Source of the DNA: Hypanus sabinus
Lineage: Eukaryota
Reading direction: 5' to 3'
Assembly (NCBI RefSeq): GCF_030144855.1
Contig: NC_082717.1
Coordinates: forward strand, 13,144,001-13,208,000
DNA: 64,000 nucleotides
Shown here: piece by piece, positions 36,156 through 49,089 of the stretch
Layout of the letters: every line of letters starts with the position of its first letter
Position numbering within the stretch: the first letter of the stretch is position 1
Made by a program: the position numbers and the translations under genes
Notes under the pieces: generated by a model
Databases searched by the model: none
What the model saw: only the letters and a program-made list of their open reading frames with translations
What the model was told of the DNA's origin: nothing

Positions 36156-36854
36156 TGTTAAGGTCCAGTCCGGAGCCCGCATTCCGGGTCCTGATCCGGC
36201 CTGCTCATTCCGGACTCCGGGTCTTGTAACGGGCCTCCTTGAGCCCAATTAGTCACACCTGTGGATCATCGTGGCTTGTTGGGGCTCAAGGAGGTACGAT
36301 GGGCTCAAAGATGCCCATCGGCTCGCAGTGTATGTAGGGGGCTCTGGGACTGAGTGGAGTTGGGGGTTCGGCCTGTTCCTCCGGTTGCCCTGGCTTGGAG
36401 ATGAGTTCTTCGAGTAAGTCTGACAGTCACCCTGGACCTAGTACCCTTCCTATCCCTTGCCTCCGTCGGGCAGGCCTGGCCAGACTGCCATTGCCCGGCG
36501 GGGGACTCTGTCCCTTTCCATCCCTCGCTGCCGACGGGTTGTGCCCCGCAACCTACCCAGGTGCCCCACGACCTGTTCAGGCCCCCGTGTTCCTGCCTGG
36601 GAGGTCCGGGCCCTGCCTAGGAATTATGCGGCCCGCCCAGTGAATTCCTAGACCCTGCATGAACTCTGGGATCCTGCCTTGCCTGCTTGAACTTTAAGAC
36701 CTTCTCAGAACCCCAGCATCACCTTGAATGTCACGTCCCTCACGCACACCATGGTCTCCATGTCTTGTCTCTCGTTCAGTTGTTCCCATCCTGCCCCTGG
36801 TATTTCAGTGCCTGCATCCTGCACTTGGATCCAGCCTCCTTTCCCCTTATGACA
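36156..36854 (+). mobile_element. Solo LTR, near-perfect 5-bp TSD (TACAC/TGCAC)
   Basis: TGTTAA...ATGACA termini. Ends similar to LTR 16779-17714. Confidence 0.65.
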
Positions 36855-36984
36855 TGCACATCAGGAAAGAGTGGTGTTGGTCCAGATCCCTCTGAAAGCT
36901 TTGAAAGCCTTCCTTGCTGTCCACGCCTCCATATCTTAGTGTCATCAGAAAATCTGCTGATCCAATTTACCACATTATCATCTA

Positions 36985-37359
36985 GAATTAGGTCTACATT
37001 TGTGTTTGCTAATGCTTGATTTCAAACGGTTTATTAATGGAAAAGGTATGGTTCCCAAAACAATCTTAGCCGAAATAGCATCGTTTCTTTCTCGTTGCCT
37101 ACTTTCTTGTAATCTACGTCTGTAAGTTAATACCAATCGTAAAAAGAATGCTTGCTAGGCAATCTGCTTCATAAAAAACGAAATTCGTAAAGTGAAACAA
37201 TTTTAGATATAGCAGAGACTGAGACACATGAGAGCAGGTTGAAAAGATGAAGGCAACGAAAGCTGTGGGAGCACGCGCGCGTGCACAACTGATCTGGCCC
37301 GCATGAAGTCGCACTTTTCTCAATCCGGCCCGTGACCTAAAATGAGTTTGACACCCCTG
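36985..37359. mobile_element. hAT transposon right-end fragment
   Basis: Ends with ggcccg...GTTTGACACCCCTG (hAT/Charlie-type TIR). Left TIR not found. Confidence 0.55.
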
Positions 37360-38125
37360 ATATAGACAACAAACAACAAAGGTCCCAGCACAGATCCCTG
37401 AGGCACACCACTAGTCACAGGTCTTCAGTCTGAGAAGTGATCATCCACTACCACTCTCTGTCTTCTCCCACACAGCCAATTTCGAACCCAGTTTACAACC
37501 TCTCCATGGATACCTAGTGTCTGAACCTTCCATGTGGGACCTTGTCAAAGGCCTTACAGTCCATGTAGACAACATTCACAGCCCTTCCTTCATCTACTCT
37601 CTTGGTAACCTCCTCGAAAAACTCTACAAGATTTATTAAACACAATGTACCACGCACAAAGCCATGCTGACTATCCTTAATCAGCCCTTGGCTGTCCAAA
37701 TATATCAGATCTGTTAGAACACCTTCCAATAATTTACCTACCACTGATGTCAGGCTCACCGGCCTGTAATTACCTGGTTTACTTTTGGAGCTTTTTTTTA
37801 AACAACGGAATAACATGAGCTACCCTGCAATCTTCCGGCACTGCACCCGTGACTGAGGACATTCTAAATATTTCTGCCAGGACCCTGCAATTTATACACT
37901 AGTCTATCTCAAGGTCCGAGGAAATATCATGTCAGGCCCAGGGATTTATCTACCTTTATTCGCTGTAAGGCAGCAAGCACCTCCTCCTCTTTAATCTCCT
38001 TATGTTCCGTGACACTGCTGCTTGTTTCCCTCCCTTCCATATACACTATGTCAGTTTCCTGAGTGAATACTGATGCAAAAAGAAAACTTTGAGATCTCCC
38101 CTATCTCGTGAGGCTCCACAGATGG
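37360..38125 (-). mobile_element. CR1 RT fragment
   Basis: ORF 37514-37816 (PGNYRPVSLTS, SQHGF, KAFDKVPH). Confidence 0.8.
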
Positions 38126-38566
38126 ATGAAAGTAAGAAAATCGTCAACTGCAACTTCATTGTCCAGATGTTCAAGGAAATGTTACCTGTGACTGTCCGCA
38201 AACTAGAGTGGATCCAGGTCAGTCTTCGGGCAGGAGTTGTAATGTTTCATCACCAACCTCCCAAAGCGCTTCATCACAATGGATGCAAGTGCTGCTGGAG
38301 GCAGGTTCCACGTTTTTCTAAGGACCCGGTGAAATCGAAGTTTGCTTGAATCAGGTGGGTACCTCAGACTGCGTAAGGGAGAGGTTAAAGATACCAGGGA
38401 ACCCTCCTGCCAGTTGATTAGCGCACCCCTTCAGTACTCAGCCACGGACCCCGTCTGTGCCAGATGCTTTCCGTGGGTTCACCCTACTGGCGGATGCACT
38501 CTCGTCGGCCTCGCACACTGAAATCACCGAGTGGTCGGAGGCTGTGAGAGTTCGTGAAGGTGTCTC

Positions 38567-39134
38567 CGTGTTTTGAGGGTCAAAGTGAGCATAACAGGCA
38601 TTAAACTCATCTAGGAGTTAAATGTTCTTGTCACATACGACGCTTGTTTGCTGCCTGACCTGTGTTTCACTTGTATTTCAGAATTCCGGTAATCGCATTT
38701 GTTCTTTCTTCAGGTTATTGTCGTTTAATTTTCGTTGAGCAGAAATCTAAAGTTATTCAGGGCGTTAGGTGGTATTATTTCTGAGCGACCTTCAATATGG
38801 GATCAGGTTTATCTGGAACGCTGTAGTTCTGTTGTGGCTAAGCAATTGAAAAATGGCGCTGGAAAATGTGAGGTCGCTCTCTGCTATGTCAGTTACTGAT
38901 CATTTCCTCGCCTCCCTGCCTCTCTCCGCATTGTCCATTACCTCAACCGAGCATACTGCTGGGGATGAAGTGTGCAATCTTAAACCCCTGCCCTCACGGT
39001 AACCGCACAACAGCCCTTTCACAGACACTGTGAGCGGCTCTTAAAAGAGCCTTTGTGTCACTGGGTCAGAATCTGTCGCTTCACTTGCTGGCACCGCCGG
39101 TTTTCTTGGGCAACAGCACGGCCTGGATATTGGG
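38567..39134 (-). repeat. Inverted copy of 35177-35746 (H2A 3' end, stem-loop and downstream flank)
   Basis: Colinear reverse-complement match of ~570 bp with scattered substitutions. Confidence 0.9.
39081..39134 (-). pseudogene. H2A: Histone H2A C-terminal remnant ([17 protein letters not shown]) with stem-loop at 39036-39051
   Basis: Exact H2A C-terminus. Upstream replaced by a CR1 fragment. Confidence 0.9.
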
Positions 39135-39419
39135 TTTTGAATTCTCTTTCCTTTCGATATTTCGTCCTCTTTTGGGATGTATATATTCTGTGTTTCCGAA
39201 TTGCTTCCCGAAATTCCAGTCATTGCTGCCATCATCATCCCTGCCAATGTTCTTTTCCAAAGAACAAGCCAATTCTTCTCTCATAACTCTGTAAATCCCT
39301 TTTACTCCACTGTAATACTGATATATCTGACTTAAGCTTCTCCTCCTATGGAATATACAGGCGTGTTGCGACCTGCTGAGTCACTCCAGCATTTGCTGTG
39401 CCTTACCGGGCAGAGGGAG

Positions 39420-39633
39420 CCGCTTCTGATTGGTAGACTAGTGAATTCGACATTTTTGATTTGTTCCTTCCGATATCAAATCAAAGGATTGATGAGCGAA
39501 TCTTTACCTGAATCAACCAATGACAATGCTCTATGTTCACATCCCTCATTAACATACTGATATGGGAGTTGTCTATTTAATCCGCGCTCCGAGGGGATTT
39601 TGTTCATTTCACCGTCTGGAACCGACTGCTGAA
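39420..39633 (+). promoter_or_regulatory. H2B promoter
   Basis: Reverse CCAAT ~39429, CCAAT ~39517, octamer-like ATTAACAT ~39548, TATTTAA ~39574. Confidence 0.7.
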
Positions 39634-40008
39634 ATGCCCGAGGCGCAGAAATCCGCTCCCAAGAAGGGCGCCAAGAAAGCTTTGCCCAAACCATCGGGCA
39701 AGTCCGGCAAGAAACGCAGGAGGGTGAGGAAGGAGAGTTACTCCATCTACATCTACAAAGTGATGAAGCAGGTTCACCCCGACACCGGCATCTCCTCCAA
39801 GGCCATGAGCATCATGAACTCGTTCGTCAGCGATATCTTCGAGCGCATCGCGGGCGAGGCTTCCCGGCTGGCTCATTATAACAAGCGATCGACCATCAGC
39901 TCCCGGGAGATCCAGACCGCCGTGCGCCTGCTGCTCCCCGGGGAGCTGGCCAAGCACGCCGTGTCGGAAGGGACAAAGGCGGTGACCAAGTACACCAGCT
40001 CCAAGTGA
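39634..40008 (+). CDS. H2B: Histone H2B (124 aa), replication-dependent
   Basis: MPEAQK...[26 protein letters not shown]...KYTSSK. Intronless. Stem-loop follows. Confidence 0.98.
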   Translation: MPEAQKSAPKKGAKKALPKPSGKSGKKRRRVRKESYSIYIYKVMKQVHPDTGISSKAMSIMNSFVSDIFERIAGEASRLAHYNKRSTISSREIQTAVRLLLPGELAKHAVSEGTKAVTKYTSSK

Positions 40009-40040
40009 AGAGTGCGGACAGAACAAAGCGGAAACCCAAC

Positions 40041-40056
40041 GGCTCTTTTAAGAGCC
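40041..40056 (+). terminator. Histone 3' stem-loop (HDE-like AAAGGAGTT ~40072)
   Basis: GGCTCTTTTAAGAGCC. Confidence 0.95.
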
Positions 40057-40749
40057 ACTCACAAATTCATTAAAGGAGTTACATCAATGTTTAGCCATAG
40101 AAAGAAAGAAATTTCATATTATTCGGTCGATTGTTCGGTATTATCACAGGGTCTTTGTTATACTCTTCCTACTACACACACACGGAATCATCACCCCCTC
40201 TGCGTCACCGTTGGTCATTACAAATTGTGTACCTGTGAAGCGAATATTTGCTGATTCTGATTTAATAACTGGGCAATGCGGTTTCTTAATTTATGTCCCA
40301 CTTTGACAAGTTAGTTGAATCCCATTTCAGTGCCAGACATGAACTGGTATACGGTTCTTTCACAGGTGTACAAAAGATTCTGCAGATGCTAGAAATCCAC
40401 AACGACACGCAAAATGCTGGAGGAATTCAGTAGGGCAGGCAGCGTTCATGTAAATTTCATCTGTGAATTTTTTTTTAAACTGCAGGCTAAACTCCAGTCG
40501 CAGTCTGAGAAGAGCGATCGATTCATAACCTGATCGGGCTCACACAATGACCGACCGCGAACAGAAACTGTGAATCGATGTTTTTGATCTGAGCGCTTAT
40601 CACTTTGTAAGAGTTCAACGAATTAAATGCCTAGACACTTTCTGAATATTAACTTACACTTGTGTAAAATATTTAGGACTTTAGTGAATGAGGAGAAACG
40701 TGGACAAACACACTTGTAATAATTTGCTTTTAGGTTGAGTTTGAACAAA

Positions 40750-41370
<621 letters not shown>

Positions 41371-41399
41371 AGCGACAGATTCTGACCCAGTGACCCAAA

Positions 41400-41415
41400 G
41401 GCTCTTTTAAGAGCC
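41400..41415 (+). terminator. Histone 3' stem-loop (HDE-like AAAGGGCTG downstream)
   Basis: GGCTCTTTTAAGAGCC. Confidence 0.95.
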
Positions 41416-41535
41416 GCTCACAGTGTCTGTGAAAGGGCTGTTGTGCGGTTACCGTGAGCGCGGGGGAAGTGGCTCGGGCGCAGATCAGATTTTAAAATAA
41501 TTATTGTGGGGTGCATTGAAATATCTTGCTGGCGT

Positions 41536-42670
41536 GTTCATGAGGGATATTTTCGAGAGCATTGCGGGCGATTATTTCCACTCGGTTCGGGATATCCAGG
41601 GACAAAGGCGGAAACCAAGGTTCTCCAACTGCGTGAAGAGTGCTGACGAAACCTAAAACACGACGGCACTTAGATTCATTATGATGAGTTCCATTAATAT
41701 TTAGGAATTGGTTTGAAGTAAATCTCAAAATCTTCATGGATTTATTCGAATTCTATCTGTGTTAATCGGTCCAGAGCTCGGCATAATTCCCGGGTCTTGG
41801 TTACTTACATTCTTCCTCCCGTACACACATGGAAACATCACCCCCCTTCCTTCGCTTCACTGTCTCGGTAATTACAAATGGTGTCTCTGTGAAGTGGGTA
41901 TTTGCTTTTTCTAGTTTAATCCCTTATTTGAATGTAATTTATTAGCTTCTTTCCCATTTTGGCATTCTGAATTCCATTTCAAAGACCTGAACTGGTTCAC
42001 GATTATTTCACAGCTGCAGAAGAGATTCGGCCGATGCTGGAAATCACAGAAAATGCTGGAGGAATTCAGCAGGTCAGGCAGCATCTATGGAAATGAAGAA
42101 TTTCATTTCATCTGTAAGATAATTTGTTAAACTCCAGTCGCGTTCTGGGGTGAGCAGTCAGGTTCACAAAATTACCTACCCGAACGGAAGCGAGTTCCAC
42201 TCCCCCCCCCCCCACCCCGCCCCTTCCCCCGAGCCTTTATCACTTTGAAAAGGATCGAGGAATTAATCTCTCAGGCACAGTTTCAATATTAGCTATTCCT
42301 ATTTTAAATGTGTCGGACTTCAGTAATGAGGTGAATGCCGAGACCAAATGGACAAACAGATCTGGAATAATTTGCATTTTAGTTTAGGTTTGAACAAAGG
42401 ATTTTTGCCAGGCTGTTTCAAATCGCAGTTTAGCGGATAGGTTCCGCGCTGCTGCTGTTGCTGGCAGCTCCCTGATTGGATTATTGCTGGCGGGTTAATG
42501 AGGCCCACAGTTGGGTCTTCCACCAACTGCCCGACCCAAATCGTGTCTGTTGTGGGGCATAAAGCTTAATATCCGGCATTGATTTCGAACAGACGAAGTA
42601 CGACTGGCGTGCGGGCGTGGGGTGGGGGCTGCCGAGATACCCCTATGCGTGACTGGCCGCCGGGCTTCAG
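41536..42670 (+). pseudogene. Heavily decayed H2B-spacer-H2A unit
   Basis: H2B-like pieces (gatattttcgagagcattgcgggcga; gggacaaaggcgg...gtgaagagtgc), then sequence colinear with the 40008-40860 spacer, then a faint H2A-like piece at ~42615-42670. Confidence 0.65.
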
Positions 42671-42794
42671 TCAGTCCCAGGAGCAATTTCAATCTTGCAT
42701 TGATCCGCACTGTGCACTTCACAAAATGCCAGAGGAACTCAGCAGACCAGGCAACATTCATTGAACAGAGTAAACAGTCGACGTTTCTTCGCAG

Positions 42795-44605
42795 AACCAT
42801 AAAACATTACGGCACAGAAACAGGCCCTTCGGCCCTTCTTGGCTGTGCCGAAACTAGTCCCACTGACCTGAACCTGGACCATATCCCTCCGTACCCCTCT
42901 CATCCATGTACCTGTCCAAGTTTTTCTTAAATGTTAAAAGTGAGGCCGCATTTACCACTTCATCTGGCAGCTCATTCCACACTCGCACCACTCGCTGTGT
43001 GAAGAAACCCCCCCCCCAAAGTTCCCGTTAAAATTTTCCCCCTTCAACCTTAACCCATGCCTTCTGGGTTTTTTTCTCCCCTAGCCTCAGTGGAAAAAGC
43101 CTGCTTGCATTCACTCTATCTATACCCATCATAATTTTATATACCTCTATCAAATCTCCCCTCATTCTTCTACACTCCAGGGAATCAAGTCCTAACCTAT
43201 TCAACCTTTCTCTGTAACTCAATTTCTCAAGTCCCAGCAATATCCTTGTAAACCTTCTCTACACTCTTTTAACCTTATTAATATCCTTCTGTAATTAGGT
43301 GACCAAAACTGCTCACAATACTCCAAAATTTGGCCTCACCATAACGTTCCAACTCTTATACTCAATACTTTGATTTATAAAAGCCAATGTACCAAAAGGT
43401 CTCTTTACGACCCTATCTATCTGTGACGCCACTTTTAAGGAATTATGTATCTGTACTCCCAGATCCCTCTGTTCTACTCCACTCCTCAGTGTTCTACCAT
43501 TTACCTTGTATGTTCTACCTTGGTTTCTCCTTCCAAAGTGCAATACCTCACACTTGTCTGCATTAAACTCCATTTGCCATTTGTCAGCCCACTTTTCCAG
43601 CTGGTCCAAATTCCTCTACAAGCTTTGAAAACCTTCCTCACTGTCCATTACCCCTCCAATCTTTGTATCATCAGCAAATTTATCACATTATCATCCAGAT
43701 CATTGATATGTCAAATAACAATGGACCCAGCTCTGATCCCTGTGGCACACCACTAGTCACAGGCCTTCACTCAGAGAAGCAATCCTCCACTACCACTCTC
43801 TGTCTTCTCCCATCGAGTCAATGTCTTATCCAATTTACTACCTCACCATGTATACCTCGCGACTGAATCTTCCTAACTAGCCTCCCATGCTGGACCTTGT
43901 CAAAGGCCTTACTGAAGTCCATGTAGACAACATCCACTGCCTTCCCTTCATCCACTTTCCTGGCAACTTCCTCAAAAAACTCTAATAGATTGGTTAAACA
44001 TGACCTACCATGCACAAAGCTGTGTTGACTCTCCCTAATAAGTCCCTGTCTATCCAAATACTTGTAGATCCTATCTCTTAGTACTCCTTCCAATAATTTA
44101 CCTACTACCGACATCAAACTTACTGGCTTATAGTTTCCCAGATTTCTTTTACAGGCTTTTTTAAACAACGGAACAACATGAGCTATCCTCCAGCACCTCA
44201 CCTGTAGATACCAACATTTTAAATATATCTGCCAGGGCCCCTGCAATTTCAACACTAGTCTCCTTCAAGGTCCAAGGGAATACCCTGGCAGGTCCTAGGG
44301 ATTTATTTACTCTGATTTGCCTCAAGACAGCAAGCACTTCCTCCTCTTCAGTCTGTATAGGTTCCATGACATCACTACTTGTTTGCCTTATTTCCATAGA
44401 CTCCATACCAGTTTCCTTAGTAAATAGAGATGCAGAAAAAAACCATTTAAGATCTCCCCCAATTCTTTTGGTTCCATACATAGCTGACCACTCTGATCTT
44501 CAAGAGGACCAATTTTATCAATTACTATCCTTTTCCTCTTACCATACCTGTAGAAGCTCTTAGGATTATCCTTCACCTTGACTGCCAAAGCAACCTCATG
44601 TCTTC
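42795..44605 (-). mobile_element. CR1 LINE, long 3' portion
   Basis: ORFs 43028-43240, 43313-43609, 43818-44255, 44161-44481 and 44388-44588 are consecutive CR1 ORF2 pieces, followed by the 3' UTR. Confidence 0.88.
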
Positions 44606-47600
44606 ATCTGGATTCTGGAGGTGTCCTGTACTGTGTGTAGGATGTGGGAAGTCTGTGAGACCTTCTGTCTCCCTGATAAATGCATCTGCACAAGGTGCAC
44701 TGGGCCTTCGACTCACACGGGAGAATGAAATGATAGGGGCTCCAGGGAGGTAGTCACCCCTAGATTGCTGGAGACAGGTAACTGGGTGACTCTCAGTAGA
44801 CAGAGAGGAGATGCACAGCTGGTCCAGAGTATATGTGTGACTGTTCCCCTTTTGACGATACTATTGAGTAGGGTGACCTATGGGGGTGGGTTGTGCGGAG
44901 GGAGCCAGAATGACCGGGTCTCTGGTGCTGTGGCTCAGAGGAGCAGAGAAGTAAAGAGGACAGGAGATTCCATAGTCAGACAAACAGCGATGAGATTCTG
45001 TGGGCGCGATAGAGATATCCAGGTGGTATGTTGCCTCACAGGTGCCAGGGTCAGGGATGTCTCAGATCAGGTCCATGCCTTTTCAAAGGCGAGGGTCAAC
45101 AGCCAGAGGTGTTGGTGCCTATTGGCACCAATTAAATAGATGGACAATGTGAGGAAGTCCTTAAGATGGGTTTTAGGGAGCTAGGTAGAAAGCTGAATCT
45201 CAGGATATTGTTCTCTGGATTGTTGTCGGCCATATCACATGTCAGTGAGGATGGTTTGGCAGGTGAATGTGTGACTGAGGAACTGGTGCAGGGGGCAGGG
45301 GTTCAGGTTTGTGGATCATTGAGATCGCTTCTGGGGAAGGTACAACCTGTACAAAAGGGGTGAGTTAGACCTGACAGCAAGGGAGCCCAGTATCCTTGTG
45401 GGCAGGTTTTAAGCTATTTTAGTAGGGGGATGGAAACTAGAGTGATAGTGCTGAGAATGAGGTAGTTGGTTTGCAAACAAAGGCAATGTACAGTGAGACT
45501 CTTAGCAAGGAGGGGCTGATGTTAAAGAAAATTTGCAGTTGATAGGATGAAGAAGGTGACAAAATTGAACAGGGTGAATACAGGACTGAGAGTGTTATAT
45601 ATGAATGTGCACCGTGTAACGAATCAGGTATATGAACTTGCAGCACAGTTATAGATTGGCATGTATGATGTAGGCATCACTGAATAGTGGCTGAAAGAAG
45701 ACTGTAGTTGGGAGCTTACCATCCCAGGATACATTTTGGATTAAAAGAGCTGGCAGGTAGGCAGAAATGTTACTGTTGCTCTGTTGGTAAAAATGATATC
45801 AAATCATTAGAAAGTGGACATATAGGGTCAGAAGGTATTGAATTGCTGTGGGTAAAATTAAGGAGTTGCAAGTGTAAAAAAAATCATGATGAGAGTTATG
45901 TACACGTCTACAAATTACAATGGGAGATAGAAAATACTTGCCAAAAGGGCAACATTGCAATAGTCATGGGGGATTTCAATTTTCAGATGGATTGGGAAAA
46001 TCAGGTTGGTGCTGGTTTCCAAGAGGGAGAATTTCTAGAATGCCGACACGTTGCCTTTTTACAGCATCTTGTAGTTGATCTTACTAGGGGATTGGCTATT
46101 CTGGATTGGGTGTTGGGCAATGAACCAGAATTGATTAGAGCTTAAGGTAAAAAAAAACCCTAGGGGCAAGTGATCATAGTATGGGCAAATTCACTGAAAT
46201 TTGAGTGGAAGCTAATGTTACATACCCCGTGGGTATCTTCTGACTGTCTTATGACCATGATGTAATTGAGTATCTGGTGAGCATGATGTAATGGTCTTGT
46301 GATGGTGGGGTGATGTAATTTCCTGCCAGTGTGAGGTCACATGGTGACATGTTCTCAACAGGTATAAAACTAGAAAGCCCGCTGTGACACAGCAGTTTTT
46401 GTGTTGAGACACCATTTAAGACGTCAGTTACTCTGTTGTGCTGCGTATTTGGTTTCATGACAGTTTCGTTTTAAAGTGGAGTTTTAATTTCTACTGCAAG
46501 GTACATAATCATTGCGCTGGCAGTTTTTTAAATCACTGCCAGTTATGTTTGATGTATCTTCGATTTAATTTTAATATCAATGTATTGGAGAGCGAAAATT
46601 TTACCGAAGTACGGGGATCCGAAGGATCGAGTAAAGTTCGGCAGTTTAATGTGGGATCGACCTTATTGGATCTTCGTTCAGGGAAATAGTAACCTGCATC
46701 TGAGATAACCCCTGCCTGTAAGAGCAGAAAGGGTTGTGCAATGTTATTCTCCAAGGAAAAAATCAGTTCCTTTAAGCTGTTTTTATTTCCTTCATCTTGA
46801 GTCTTTCAAGCAAGGCATATTTCGGCTGGGATCAGCAGTAACGTCACATCATCAAGGAATTCGTTACTTCAGGAAAGTCTCTCCTAATTGACTGTATAAA
46901 TTATTTGGACTTTCGCATTTACCACTTTAAGAACTGCGTTCACATTTATTGCTTTAAGAACTGTTCAAGTTGCTGTATAGCAGTTACCTTCCGGTTAAGT
47001 TAGTCTTTTGTTTACTTTTCATTTTTGTTAAGCAGAGTTAAATAAATGTTTATTTGTTTATAAAAAACCTGTCTCAATTCTATATTCAATTGTTGCAGGA
47101 GACTAACCGTATTACTTAAGTCAGAACTATCAATATTATAGTGGAGTAACACTGCCAGGGATGACAATAGAGCAGCAATGGCTGGAATTTCTGGAAGCAA
47201 TTCAGAAGGCACAGGATATGTACATCCCAAAGAGGAAGAAGTATTCTAAAGGCAGAATGACACAACCATGGCTAACAAGAGAAGTCAATGCCAACATCAA
47301 AGCCAAAGAGAGGGCATATAATAGAGAGAAAATTAGTATGAAGTTCGAGTATTGGGAAACTTTTAAAAAACAACTGAAGGCAAGTCAAATGTAATTAGGA
47401 AGGAAAAGATGGAATATGAAAGTAAGCTAGCCAATAATATTAAAGAAGATACCAATACATTCTGCTGATTCATGAAGTGTAAAAGAGAGGCAAAATTCAG
47501 ACCATGGAAAATGATGCTGAGAGGGAGTAATGAGGGACAAGGAAATGGTTGATAAACTGAATAAGTATTTTGCATTAGTCTTCATTGTGGAAGACATAGT

Positions 47601-47630
47601 GTGGTGAAAGTTCAAGAGTGTCAGGGCTGA
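44606..47630 (+). mobile_element. CR1 LINE 5' portion (ORF1 esterase-like, APE endonuclease), interrupted by a solo LTR
   Basis: GDSIVR..RFCG..VCCL.GARVRD (ORF1), VMGDFN and ILDWVL.NE (APE). Confidence 0.75.
46216..47115 (+). mobile_element. Solo LTR, same family as 8648-9514
   Basis: Colinear similarity over the whole length. 3' end and TSD degenerate. Confidence 0.8.
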
Positions 47631-47634
47631 AAAG

Positions 47635-48260
47635 TGCCACAACAACCTCTCACCCAATGTCAGCAAAACCAAAAGGATGATTGTTGACTTCAGTAGGAAG
47701 AAATTGGAAGTCCATGAGCCAATCTTCATCAGGTAATCAGAGGAGGAGAGGATCAGCAGCTTTAAATTCCTCACCGTTATCATATCAGCATAGTTTGGAA
47801 ACGCCAATGCCCTTAAGCGGAAAAGCCGACAAAATTTACTGGATATGGCTCAGTCATTCACAGGTAAATATCTCCCCACCACTGAGCACATTTATATGGG
47901 ATCCTGTCACAGGAAAGCGGCATCGATCATCAAGGACCCCCAACATCCAGGCCATGCTCTCTTCTCGCTGCTGTTATCAGGAAAAAAGTACAGGAGCCTC
48001 AGGACTCCCACCACGTGGTTCTGGAACAGTTATTACCCCTCAACAATCAGGCTCTTGAACCAAAGAGAATACTACACTTTTAAGGACTCCACAGCTCATG
48101 TTCTCAATACTTATTGCTTATTTATTAATAATTTTTCTCTTTTTTTTGTTTTTACGTCGGTGTATTTTCATTGATTCCATTGTGTTTCTTTGTAATTACT
48201 GTGAATGCCTACAGGAAAATGAATCTCAAGGTAAGTACATGATGATGCAAATCTACTTTG
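47635..48260 (+). mobile_element. Rex1/Babar LINE 3' fragment
   Basis: KAASIIKDPQHPGHALFSLL.SG..YRSL motif and 3' UTR. Confidence 0.75.
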
Positions 48261-49089
48261 GCAAGAAATTAAAATAAATAATAGAATAGACATTAATGAA
48301 TAAACAATTAAATAAATGAAAAACTATACACAAACGCAGACTGACCAGCAACTATTGTGCAAAAGAAGACATCTGTACAAATACAAAATAAAACATAATA
48401 AATAAACTTAATTTTCTTTTACTTTTCTGTCTCTTAAAGCATGGATGACTGGAATTACTGCCCTTTTCCTTCCTGGTGCCAAATTCCTTCTCCATTCCCC
48501 AGCAGCAAACTTGACATTGAAATGCCCATGTGAAGACCTGGTGCACAGTGACTGCCTGCTGCAGATCTTCTAGTTGAAAGCTCACTCTGTTCCGCCTCCC
48601 AGGCTGCGGACAGGGTGTGATGTGATGCACCGCCACTTTGTGGAGCCTGTTGTGTGCTGTCATCACTGCTGTTGTTCCCGTGGCAATGAGCTGGTGCAGC
48701 CTTGGGCAGCAGCAAGGCGATGTAATGGGCTTCTTCCGTGGTTTGCAGGTTGATGTGGATAGATGGGGAAGAGAGCGACTGGATCAGATGAGCCGCACTG
48801 TGCCGATGCCATGTGTATGTGTGAGAGGACTGGTGGGACTGACTACAACTGTGGGCATTAGCTTCTTCTCTTCTGGCTTCCCACCTGGGGAACAGTACCT
48901 ACTGCACCAGCTCCCTGCCTCAGGATTAATCCCATCCTTAGCCTCACATCCGCCCTTGTTTCTCAACCACTCACTCTTTGTGTAACCTCCACCCGCCCTG
49001 GCAAACTCTCACAGTTCTGCTCTGTGGCCTCTTTTGTATACTCACGTTACTTTATTTGTCTCATGGCCTGTGACCAGACGTACTGCTGG

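Noticed and set aside
39604-40026. Long antisense ORFs over histone genes (also 40924-41238, 54117-54527, 56118-56546) and over gag (33534-34166)
   Set aside because: Shadow ORFs caused by GC-rich codon bias of the sense genes.
48352-49000. Overlapping ORFs in non-repetitive sequence (possible zinc-finger relic FQCQVC)
   Set aside because: No complete motif or consistent frame, so a gene call cannot be supported without a search.
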